DNA from: Nitrospirota bacterium
Lineage (GTDB): Bacteria > Nitrospirota > Thermodesulfovibrionia > Thermodesulfovibrionales > SM23-35
Reading direction: 5' to 3'
DNA length: 55,863 nt
Assembly (NCBI GenBank): GCA_040753575.1
Contig: JBFMEC010000001.1
Location: forward strand, 1-55,863
Part shown: piece by piece, positions 48,550 through 55,863 of the stretch
Layout: every line of letters starts with the position of its first letter
How positions within the stretch are numbered: position 1 is the stretch's first letter
Program-made: the position numbers and the translations under genes
Notes under the pieces: generated by a model
The model's database searches: none
What the model was told of the DNA's origin: nothing
Seen by the model: the letters and a program-made list of their open reading frames with translations, nothing else

Positions 48550-48897
48550 ATGAGAATGCAAAGAGGACGTAGAAGAGAGGCAAGATGTCCTTTCTGTGAT
48601 CGACCTATCGATGTACCTCATGAGGTGAAAACGGAATCGGGTAATTACATCCTGGGTGGGAAATGCGAGTGCACTGCCATCTATGTCTTCGACCGCAGCG
48701 GACATAGTTTGGGAGAGGCCTTCGTCGACGTCCTTAATTACGCCTGTGAAGGTAAGTGCGATAATCCCTGGGATTTGATACCGGGAGAAGATTATGAAGA
48801 GATTCTTTTGCGGTACGAACTCAATCATACCTTTTCAGAAAGCAGCAGGCGTGCCCGGGAGAATATGATTTTTATTTTGCTGAAGAAAGGCAAATAA
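48550..48897 (+). CDS. Cys-rich hypothetical protein (115 aa) embedded in the dsr locus
   Basis: ORF between dsrN and dsrC on the same strand, with three Cys pairs (CPFC, CEC, CEGKC) and a basic N-terminus. I recognise no family, and the RBS is weak. Confidence 0.5.
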   Translation: MRMQRGRRREARCPFCDRPIDVPHEVKTESGNYILGGKCECTAIYVFDRSGHSLGEAFVDVLNYACEGKCDNPWDLIPGEDYEEILLRYELNHTFSESSRRARENMIFILLKKGK

Positions 48898-49010
48898 ACA
48901 ATTATCATCTATCGATAAATTTTTTTTATTTGACAGAGAAACTTCTGTGTATTAATTTTTATATCCTGATTTAATATTCGATTTTCTCAAATTAAAGCTG
49001 TAATTTGATG

Positions 49011-49041
49011 TTGCAATAACAGAGCCGGGATATGCTATAAT
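49011..49041 (+). promoter_or_regulatory. Extended -10 promoter candidate for dsrC
   Basis: TGCTATAAT (TGn + TATAAT at 49033-49041), with TTGCAA at 49011-49016 (19-nt spacer), about 75 nt upstream of the dsrC ATG. Confidence 0.5.
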
Positions 49042-49116
49042 TATCGAAAAATTTGGGTTGATGGGAGTCTTCTTCTATCAAAAAGCAAAATCCGACTATA
49101 CAAAGGAGGTAGACAG

Positions 49117-49452
49117 ATGCCGTATCTCGAGTTTGAGGGGAAACAATATGAGGTTGATGAGGAGGGATATCTTCAGGACTGGGAGGCATGGCAGGAAGGG
49201 ATGGCACAGGTGATGGCCGCACAGGATGGGCTTACCCTCGGCAATGAACACTGGGAAATAATCAAATTCCTCAGGGGGTACTTTGAAAAATTCCAGATTG
49301 CTCCGATGATCAAGATCCTTGTTAAGGAGATAGGAAAGGCCTTCGGGCCGGAGAAGGGCAATACAAAGTATTTATATGAGCTTTTTCCGGGAGGGCCTGC
49401 AAAGCAAGCCTGTAGATATGCTGGTCTCCCAAAACCAACAGGCTGCGTATAA
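49117..49452 (+). CDS. dsrC: DsrC (bona fide, two C-terminal cysteines)
   Basis: 111 aa. The C-terminus is ACRYAGLPKPTGCV, with both conserved Cys. RBS AAGGAGG. Confidence 0.95.
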   Translation: MPYLEFEGKQYEVDEEGYLQDWEAWQEGMAQVMAAQDGLTLGNEHWEIIKFLRGYFEKFQIAPMIKILVKEIGKAFGPEKGNTKYLYELFPGGPAKQACRYAGLPKPTGCV

Positions 49453-49461
49453 TAAAGAATA

Positions 49462-49517
49462 GGTGGGAAGTAAAATATAAAATAAAAAAAGTTTACTTCC
49501 CACCCCCTGTTTTTTTC
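49462..49517 (+). terminator. Rho-independent terminator after dsrC
   Basis: Perfect 13-bp stem GGTGGGAAGTAAA / TTTACTTCCCACC (49462-49474 and 49492-49504), followed by a T-run (49510-49517). Confidence 0.85.
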
Positions 49518-49559
49518 TAAATTTTAGAATTTAGTTTCTATAATAAATTAAGTTTTAAG

Positions 49560-49588
49560 TTGACAAAATAGGTGCAATTGTTTACCAT
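49560..49588 (+). promoter_or_regulatory. Sigma70-like promoter for dsrT-dsrMKJOP
   Basis: TTGACA (49560-49565), a 17-nt spacer, then TACCAT (49583-49588). Confidence 0.55.
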
Positions 49589-49657
49589 AATCGTCGCCTT
49601 CAAGATATTTTGAAATCGCGTTCTATGTAGAGGTAGTATTTTCAACCAGCTAAATAT

Positions 49658-50254
49658 ATGAAAGATTTGAAGACCCCTGAAGCGGACATAAGGTTCAAGA
49701 ATCTCCTCTTAGAAAAAAGATCTATTCTTTTAAAAAAATGGTTTCAGCTTATACTCGAAACCTATCCCGCAGATACAATGAGATTTCTGAAAGACCAAAA
49801 AAACAAGTTCTCCAATCCGGTCGGACATACAATCCGGAAAGGAATTGAGGGCATCTTCGAAGAGCTCACCAATGAAATGGATTCTGAAAGGGTTTCCACC
49901 TTCCTTGACAACATTATCAGAATCAGGGCTATTCAGGATTTTTCTCCCTCCCGGGCAATATCTTTCGTCTTCCTTCTAAAAAAAGTAATCAGAGAGGAAC
50001 TGGAAAGTGAGATTTTAGAAAATAAACTCTCCGATGAATTATTGAAATTCGAATCCAAGATAGATGATCTGGCCCTTCTTTCCTTTGATATTTATATGAA
50101 GTGCAGGGAGAGGATTTATGAACTCAAGGCAAATGAATTGAAAAATATGTACTATAGGCTTTTGCAAAAAGCAAATTTGATATATGAGATTCAGGAAGAG
50201 AAACAGGAAGAGAAATCAGATTCCAAAGACAGTAACATCGTAAACTTAAAATAA
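49658..50254 (+). CDS. dsrT: DsrT (RsbRD N-terminal domain-like protein)
   Basis: 198 aa and helical. Its position immediately upstream of dsrM matches dsrT, and the N-terminal region resembles the RsbRD_N domain (recognition from memory). Confidence 0.7.
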   Translation: MKDLKTPEADIRFKNLLLEKRSILLKKWFQLILETYPADTMRFLKDQKNKFSNPVGHTIRKGIEGIFEELTNEMDSERVSTFLDNIIRIRAIQDFSPSRAISFVFLLKKVIREELESEILENKLSDELLKFESKIDDLALLSFDIYMKCRERIYELKANELKNMYYRLLQKANLIYEIQEEKQEEKSDSKDSNIVNLK

Positions 50255-50267
50255 AAGGGGTAATAAA

Positions 50268-51260
50268 ATGGGACTCTTATTTTCCTTTTTCACAGTTATA
50301 GCACTTGTTCTGATCGCCTTCATAGGTATTAAGGCCACAAATTTGCAGTTTTTCTTCGGAGTTATCATACCCTATGCAGCCTTTTTCACATTCATTCTTG
50401 GAGTCATTTATCGAGTTGTGAGATGGGGACGTGCGCCTGTCCCATTCCGTATTCCCACAACCGCAGGACAACAGAAAACTCTCCCGTGGATAAAGTATAG
50501 TAAACTTGATAATCCTTTCACTACTCTTGATGTTATAGGAAGAATGGCCCTTGAGGTTCTTCTTTTTCGTTCTCTCTTCAGGAACACAAGACTCGAATTG
50601 AAAACTGGCCCAAAGCTTGCGTATGAATGGGAAAAGTGGCTCTGGCTGGGTGGGTTGGCTTTTCATTATTCTTTTCTTATCATTGCTCTCCGGCATCTCA
50701 GATTGTTTACCCAGCCTGTACCTTACTTTGTGGATCTCCTGGAAAGACTCGATGCCTTTTTCCAGGTGGGCGTGCCATTGTTGTACTTAACTGATATTTT
50801 CTTCCTGGCGGCTGTGACCTATCTTTTTCTTAGAAGGGTTGTTATCCCTCAAATGCGATACATCTCCCTTGCAGCTGATTACTTTCCCCTCTTTCTGATA
50901 TTTAGCATAGGTCTTTCCGGCGTACTCATGCGGTATTTCATCAAAGTGGACGTTGTGGGTGTGAAGCAGTTGATCATGGGCTTGATCAGTTTCAATCCCA
51001 TTGTTCCCGAGGGAATCGGGGTCATCTTCTTCATTCATTTATTTCTCGTCAGCACCCTCCTGGCATATTTTCCCATGAGCAAACTTACGCATATGGCCGG
51101 AATCTTTATGAGTCCTACCAGAAATCTTGCAAATAACAATCGTGCAAAAAGGCATGTCAATCCATGGAATTACCCTGTCAAGGTTCACACATATGAGGAG
51201 TATGAAGAAGAATTTAGAGATAAAATGAAGGAAGGTGGAATACCTGTAGAAAAGGAGTAA
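50268..51260 (+). CDS. dsrM: DsrM, NarI/HdrE-like membrane di-heme b subunit
   Basis: 330 aa with about 6 TM segments and conserved His residues in the TM helices. First gene of the MKJOP order. Confidence 0.88.
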   Translation: MGLLFSFFTVIALVLIAFIGIKATNLQFFFGVIIPYAAFFTFILGVIYRVVRWGRAPVPFRIPTTAGQQKTLPWIKYSKLDNPFTTLDVIGRMALEVLLFRSLFRNTRLELKTGPKLAYEWEKWLWLGGLAFHYSFLIIALRHLRLFTQPVPYFVDLLERLDAFFQVGVPLLYLTDIFFLAAVTYLFLRRVVIPQMRYISLAADYFPLFLIFSIGLSGVLMRYFIKVDVVGVKQLIMGLISFNPIVPEGIGVIFFIHLFLVSTLLAYFPMSKLTHMAGIFMSPTRNLANNNRAKRHVNPWNYPVKVHTYEEYEEEFRDKMKEGGIPVEKE

Positions 51261-51263
51261 AAT

Positions 51264-52892
51264 ATGGCAGAGAAACCAAAGGTTCCGAAAGGGACTCCTT
51301 ATCCAGATGAACTCTCGAGGATAGATTACAAACCTCCAAAAACAGAGTGGATGGATACATCTGTTGAAATCAAGCCGAATATATATTGCATGGCTTCGAA
51401 AGGAAGGGACCTTAAAGCTGTAGATTTCCCGAACCCGAGGACATGGTCACCAAGAGATGAGGACTGGAAGCTCCCTGAAAACTGGAAAGAGATAATCTTA
51501 GAAGGAATAGCGGAGCGGCTTGGAAAGTACCGATCTTTTCGGCTCTTTATGGATATCTGTGTAAGATGTGGTGCCTGCGCTGATAAATGCCACTTCTTCA
51601 TAGGCGGAGGAGATCCGAAGAATATGCCTGTTCTCAGGGCAGAACTTCTCAGGTCAATATATAGAAAGTATTTTACAGCGTCGGGAAAGGCACTTGGAAA
51701 ACTTGCTGGAGCAAGAGAACTTACATATGATGTGTTGAAGGAGTTATGGTACTATGCCTACCAGTGTACCGAATGTCGCCGCTGCTCGCTTTTCTGCCCT
51801 TATGGTATTGATACGGCTGAAATCACGATAATGGCGAGAGAACTCCTTAATCTGTTGGGTCTAAATATCGACTGGATAGCCGGGCCTGTTGCGAAATGTT
51901 TCAGGACGGGAAATCATCTTGGCCTTTTACCCCATACACTCGCAGATACGTTTGAAATGTTCAAAAACGATATAAATAATATAACAGGTATCAAAGTAGA
52001 GCCCACCTTTAACAGGAAAGGTGCAGAGATTCTTTTTGCTGTGCCTTCTGGTGATTTCTTTGCTGACCCTGGTACTTTCACTACTATGGGCGAGCTCATG
52101 CTTTTCCATGAACTTGGTCTCGATTACACCTGGAGCACCTATGCCTCCGAGGCAGGAAACTTTGGGTTTTTCACATCCAATGAGATGGCAAAAAGGCTTA
52201 ACGCCAAGATATACGCTGAAGCTAAGAGGTTAGGTGTGAAATGGATTCTCGGAGGAGAATGTGGCCATATGTGGAGGGTCCTCCATCAATACATGGATAC
52301 ATGGAACGGCCCTGCTGATTTCCTTGAAGAACCGGTCTCCCCTTTTACAGGCACAAAATTCGAGACTGCGAAATCCACTAAGATGGTCCATATCTGTGAA
52401 TTTACCGCTGATTTAATCAAGCATGGTAAACTTAAGTTGGATCCGAGCAGAAACAATCACCTGAAGGTAACCTTCCATGATTCCTGTAACACCTCAAGGG
52501 GCATGGGAATCTTTGAAGAGCCGAGATATATCATCAAAAATGTGTGCAATCATTTCTATGAAATGCCTGAGAATACCATCAGGGAGCAGACCTTCTGCTG
52601 CGGAAGCGGATCTGGTTTAAATGCATCTGAAAATATGGAATTGAGGCTCAGGGGAGGCTTACCCAGGGCAAATGCGGTAAGGCATGTTCACGAAAAGTAC
52701 GGAGTTAATATGTTGGCCTGCATCTGTGCGATTGATAGGGCTGCCCTTGTTACCTCGATGGATTATTGGGTTCCCGGTGTACGTGTCACAGGCGTCCATG
52801 AGATGGTTGCGAATGCCCTTATCATGAAAGGTGAAAAGGAAAGGACGACTGATATGCGCGGGGATCCCCTTCCAGGGAAAGGAGGTAGTTAA
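51264..52892 (+). CDS. dsrK: DsrK, HdrD-like FeS/CCG-domain subunit
   Basis: 542 aa with CVRCGACADKC and CTECRRCSLFCPYG ferredoxin motifs, and a CCG domain (FCCGSGSG). Confidence 0.92.
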   Translation: MAEKPKVPKGTPYPDELSRIDYKPPKTEWMDTSVEIKPNIYCMASKGRDLKAVDFPNPRTWSPRDEDWKLPENWKEIILEGIAERLGKYRSFRLFMDICVRCGACADKCHFFIGGGDPKNMPVLRAELLRSIYRKYFTASGKALGKLAGARELTYDVLKELWYYAYQCTECRRCSLFCPYGIDTAEITIMARELLNLLGLNIDWIAGPVAKCFRTGNHLGLLPHTLADTFEMFKNDINNITGIKVEPTFNRKGAEILFAVPSGDFFADPGTFTTMGELMLFHELGLDYTWSTYASEAGNFGFFTSNEMAKRLNAKIYAEAKRLGVKWILGGECGHMWRVLHQYMDTWNGPADFLEEPVSPFTGTKFETAKSTKMVHICEFTADLIKHGKLKLDPSRNNHLKVTFHDSCNTSRGMGIFEEPRYIIKNVCNHFYEMPENTIREQTFCCGSGSGLNASENMELRLRGGLPRANAVRHVHEKYGVNMLACICAIDRAALVTSMDYWVPGVRVTGVHEMVANALIMKGEKERTTDMRGDPLPGKGGS

Positions 52893-52893
52893 T

Positions 52894-53292
52894 ATGTACG
52901 ATGGTGGAAAGATCCTTATCGGACTCATCATCTTTGCGGGACTGGTAACATTTCCATTATGGAATAACATAGGGAAGGCTACCGTTAAACCAGATCCAAA
53001 AATTGACACCCCTGAAATCCAGAAGATGGCAGTGAAAAAATGTGTCGAGCCGAAGGCAGTAATGAAAACTGTGCATATGAAAATGTTGAACGATTGGAGA
53101 GATGCGGTTGTCCGGGAAGCGAACAGGGTTTATATAGCGGATGATGGAAAACAGTACGCCATGAGTCTTCAGAATACATGCATGAAGTGTCATTCAAATA
53201 AATCGAAGTTTTGTGATGAATGTCATAACTATGCAGCGGTATCGCCTTACTGCTGGGATTGTCATATTAAGCCGAAGGAGAAAGAGACATGA
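52894..53292 (+). CDS. dsrJ: DsrJ, periplasmic triheme cytochrome c
   Basis: Three CxxCH motifs (CMKCH, CDECH, CWDCH) and an N-terminal TM anchor. The start is trimmed to 52894 (RBS AAAGGAGG). Confidence 0.9.
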   Translation: MYDGGKILIGLIIFAGLVTFPLWNNIGKATVKPDPKIDTPEIQKMAVKKCVEPKAVMKTVHMKMLNDWRDAVVREANRVYIADDGKQYAMSLQNTCMKCHSNKSKFCDECHNYAAVSPYCWDCHIKPKEKET

Positions 53293-54107
53293 TCAATAGA
53301 AGACAATTCTTGAAGATAGCCGGGATCTCCAGTATTGCTGGACTTGGTGGTATCTCTGTCAGTAATGTACTCAAGAGAAACTGGCTGGAAGCCTCACAGG
53401 TCGAACCAGATCCGAAGGCCATAGTAGGAAAGAGATGGGGCATGGTTGTGGATATGAGGAGGTTCAATACTGAAGAAGATTATAGAGTGGTCATGGATGC
53501 CTGCCACCGTGTTCATAATGTTCCTGATATTGGAAATCCAAAGCAGGAGATCAAATGGATATGGAAAGAGACATACGAGCATGCGTTCCCGAGCCAGGAA
53601 TTTGAAAATCCTTATATCGAGGAGCGTCTCAAAGAGAAACCCTTTATAGTACTGTGCAACCATTGTGATAACCCACCCTGTGTGAGGGTCTGTCCTACAA
53701 AGGCAACCTTCAAAAGGAAAAGTGACGGAATAGTCATGATGGATATGCATCGCTGTATCGGCTGCAGATTCTGTATGGCAGGATGTCCCTTCGGAGCAAG
53801 AAGCTTCAACTGGAGAGACCCCCGTCCTTTTATTAAGAAAGAGAATGTGGAATTCCCAACAAGGACAAAGGGTGTCGTTGAGAAGTGTACTTTTTGTTAT
53901 GAGAGATTAGCCACTGGGCTTATTCCTGCGTGTGTGGATGCATCCAGAGAGGCTGCAAAGAAGGCAGGAAAGGAACCGGGACTGATTTTTGGGGACCTCA
54001 AAGACCCGAATTCGGAGATAAGAGAAGTCCTCAGTTCTAATTTCACCATAAGGCGTAAACCGGAGCTCGGAACAATGCCCAGTGTCTTCTATATAATAGG
54101 AGGTTAA
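53289..54107 (+). CDS. dsrO: DsrO, Tat-exported 4Fe-4S ferredoxin-like subunit
   Basis: 272 aa with the twin-arginine signal NRRQFLKIAG and several CxxCxxCxxxCP clusters. Confidence 0.9.
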   Translation: MINRRQFLKIAGISSIAGLGGISVSNVLKRNWLEASQVEPDPKAIVGKRWGMVVDMRRFNTEEDYRVVMDACHRVHNVPDIGNPKQEIKWIWKETYEHAFPSQEFENPYIEERLKEKPFIVLCNHCDNPPCVRVCPTKATFKRKSDGIVMMDMHRCIGCRFCMAGCPFGARSFNWRDPRPFIKKENVEFPTRTKGVVEKCTFCYERLATGLIPACVDASREAAKKAGKEPGLIFGDLKDPNSEIREVLSSNFTIRRKPELGTMPSVFYIIGG

Positions 54108-54112
54108 GGAAA

Positions 54113-55288
54113 ATGCTTGAAAAGGCGCTCAAAGGAAGTCGAAGATACTGGGTATGGATATTCTTTCTTCTTGTTATCATGGGGTTAGGTTTTCTTAATT
54201 ATCTCCGCCAATTCACTTTTGGCCTTGGAATAACCGGTATGAGCAGAGACGTCTCATGGGGGTTTTATATTTCCCAATTTACCTTCCTTGTTGGTGTCGC
54301 TGCCTCGGGAGTGATGGTTGTCTTGCCATATTACCTCCATCACTATAAGGCCTTTGGCAGGATTACCATTTTAGGTGAATTTCTTGCTATTGCCTCCGTT
54401 ATTATGTGTATGCTTTTCATCTTTGTCGATATGGGACAACCACTCCGTGTGTTGAATGTTATCAAAAACCCGACCCCCAATTCGGTTATGTTCTGGGATA
54501 TGGTGGTTTTGAGTGGTTACCTGATTCTCAACGTAATAGTTGGCTGGAATGTCTTGAGTGCAGAACGTAAAGGTGTGCCACCACCTTCGTGGGTAAAACC
54601 ATTCATTTATATCTCAATTGCCTGGGCCCCTTCTATTCACACTGTTACGGCTTTCCTGTATGCCGGGTTACCGGGAAGGCATTTCTGGTTAACGGCTATT
54701 ATGGCAGCCCGATTCCTGGCATCAGCATTCTCTTCGGGACCGGCGCTTCTAATCATCCTGGCCTTGATTATCAGAAAATATACCAAGTTCGATCCGGGCA
54801 AGGAAGCCATCCAATCTCTTGGTAAGATCGTTACCTACTTCATGATAACAAACGTATTCTTCCTGGGTCTTGAATTTTTCACCGCTTTCTATAGCAAGAT
54901 ACCGGGGCACACTGCGTCCTTTGAGTATCTCTATAAAGGGCTGGAGGGGTATGGAAGGCTTGTCCCGCTCATGTGGACTTCCAGCATCCTCGCAGTTGTC
55001 TCTCTTATCTTATTAGTCCCGCCCCGATTCAGAAGAAATGAGACTCTTTTGGCAATTGCCTCCATAGCAGTGTTTGCTTCTTTATGGATCGATAAAGGAT
55101 TCGGATTAATAGTTGGCGGATTTGTGCCAAATCCCTTTGAAAGGGTAACCGAATATTGGCCTACCTTGCCTGAAGTTTCGATTACTCTCGGAGTATGGGC
55201 GATGGGTTTCCTGACTCTTACAGTTCTTTACAAGATAGCTGTTTCAGTCAAGGAAGAGACTGCCGGTGGCGTAGAATACGAGCATTAA
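54113..55288 (+). CDS. dsrP: DsrP, NrfD/PsrC-like integral membrane subunit
   Basis: 391 aa with about 10 TM segments. Last gene of the MKJOP order. Confidence 0.9.
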   Translation: MLEKALKGSRRYWVWIFFLLVIMGLGFLNYLRQFTFGLGITGMSRDVSWGFYISQFTFLVGVAASGVMVVLPYYLHHYKAFGRITILGEFLAIASVIMCMLFIFVDMGQPLRVLNVIKNPTPNSVMFWDMVVLSGYLILNVIVGWNVLSAERKGVPPPSWVKPFIYISIAWAPSIHTVTAFLYAGLPGRHFWLTAIMAARFLASAFSSGPALLIILALIIRKYTKFDPGKEAIQSLGKIVTYFMITNVFFLGLEFFTAFYSKIPGHTASFEYLYKGLEGYGRLVPLMWTSSILAVVSLILLVPPRFRRNETLLAIASIAVFASLWIDKGFGLIVGGFVPNPFERVTEYWPTLPEVSITLGVWAMGFLTLTVLYKIAVSVKEETAGGVEYEH

Positions 55289-55307
55289 TCGGGATTAAAG
55301 ATAGTTA

Positions 55308-55349
55308 GCAATAATAAGGGCTCATTTCCAGATGAGCCCTTATTATTGC
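55308..55349. terminator. Bidirectional terminator hairpin between dsrP and the convergent dsrC-like gene
   Basis: Perfect 18-bp stem GCAATAATAAGGGCTCAT / ATGAGCCCTTATTATTGC with a 6-nt loop. Confidence 0.8.
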
Positions 55350-55368
55350 TATGGTGTAGATTCTTCTC

Positions 55369-55704
55369 TTACATTATAGGATAACCGGTTACTGTTGCGA
55401 GTTTTGGCAATCCCGCAATCTTACAAGCTATGACGGGATCAGGAAACTGTACATATTCACAATCCTTCGGTTGGTGTACGTTCCTGCAAACAGCGCGTAC
55501 TATCGGGATTGAGCTATACTTTTTGTAATAGTCTCTAATAAACTTCAATATGTCCATCTGTTCTTTTGTAAGGGGACACACTTTGCTTACATCCTCTTTT
55601 TCAGCCAAGGCACAGGCAACTTTTTCATTCCAGTCATCAAAATTTACGAGATATCCTTCTTCATCAACAGAGATTTTCATACCTTCATACTCAATTGTGG
55701 GCAT
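55369..55704 (-). CDS. DsrC/TusE-family paralogue lacking the penultimate cysteine
   Basis: 111 aa. MPTIEYEGMKISVDEEGYL aligns with DsrC MPYLEFEGKQYEVDEEGYL. The C-terminus ACKIAGLPKLATVTGYPIM keeps CysB but not the TGCV CysA. The start is trimmed to 55704 (RBS GGAGGT). Confidence 0.85.
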   Translation of the reverse strand: MPTIEYEGMKISVDEEGYLVNFDDWNEKVACALAEKEDVSKVCPLTKEQMDILKFIRDYYKKYSSIPIVRAVCRNVHQPKDCEYVQFPDPVIACKIAGLPKLATVTGYPIM

Positions 55705-55863
55705 ATATGCACCTCCAAAAAAATTTATAAATTTTAAGGTTACCTTTGTAACCAATCATAGTATCTAAAAAATATCTCCCAAACTTTCAGTAATAAAAAT
55801 CAAGGTCAAAAGTAGTTTATGTTATCATATCCCGAAGAATAAAGCATTATAAAAAGCTGCTGT

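Noticed and set aside
48903-48929. Possible weak terminator after the 115-aa ORF (TTATC...GATAA followed by a T-run)
   Set aside because: The stem is only 5 bp and AT-rich. That is not enough to call a terminator, although the T-run is real.
1-55863. Scan for rRNA, tRNA, tmRNA, riboswitches, transposases, integrases and phage genes
   Set aside because: I found no cloverleaf-like GTTCRANYC T-arm context, no rRNA-like conserved blocks, and no DDE or tyrosine-recombinase motifs in any listed ORF. Detection of ncRNA by eye is limited, so tRNAscan/Infernal should confirm this.

Overview
Chromosomal window, moderately AT-rich by eye (not computed), from a Gram-negative dissimilatory sulfite/sulfate reducer. 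The lineage guess is Nitrospirota/Thermodesulfovibrionia-like or Desulfobacterota, by inference only. Left to right: (1) an accessory patch with an internally duplicated two-module DNA methyltransferase, a decayed non-coding stretch and a VapBC pair; (2) pyrE, orphan oppBC-type permeases and uvrA; (3) a same-strand operon bracketed by two prepilin-type genes, encoding Glc-1-P cytidylyltransferase, two SDR dehydratase/epimerases, a SAM methyltransferase, a GtrB/ArnC-type polyprenyl-phosphate GT2 and a large GT-C-like membrane protein, with a 66-aa acidic ORF and gspG just upstream; (4) radC, a purH ORF carrying only the IMP-cyclohydrolase domain, purD and purE; (5) an RRM protein, ftsH, rph, murI, a GerMN protein and an amidase; (6) kdsD-kdsA-pyrG-kdsB; (7) a PEPCK-like gene, an M50 protease, trpS and an M16 peptidase pair; (8) lpxI-lpxA-fabZ-lpxD-skp-bamA; (9) a complete reductive dsr supercluster, dsrA-dsrB-dsrD-dsrN-(115-aa Cys-rich ORF)-dsrC-dsrT-dsrMKJOP, followed by a convergent DsrC-like gene that lacks the penultimate Cys. 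The main signal not explained by genes is that many intergenic spacers are built from 6-8-nt tandem words arranged as inverted blocks, giving long hairpins. Related repeats, plus a C-run/G-run palindrome, also lie in frame inside uvrA and dsrN and supply the stop codons of purH-N and dsrN. A second MITE-like inverted-repeat family occurs twice. I recognised no rRNA, tRNA, CRISPR array, transposase or phage genes. The best candidates for undescribed biology are the pilin-bracketed glycosylation operon, the repeat-word hairpin system and the two unusual small proteins in the dsr locus. All functional calls rest on motif recognition by eye, with no database search.
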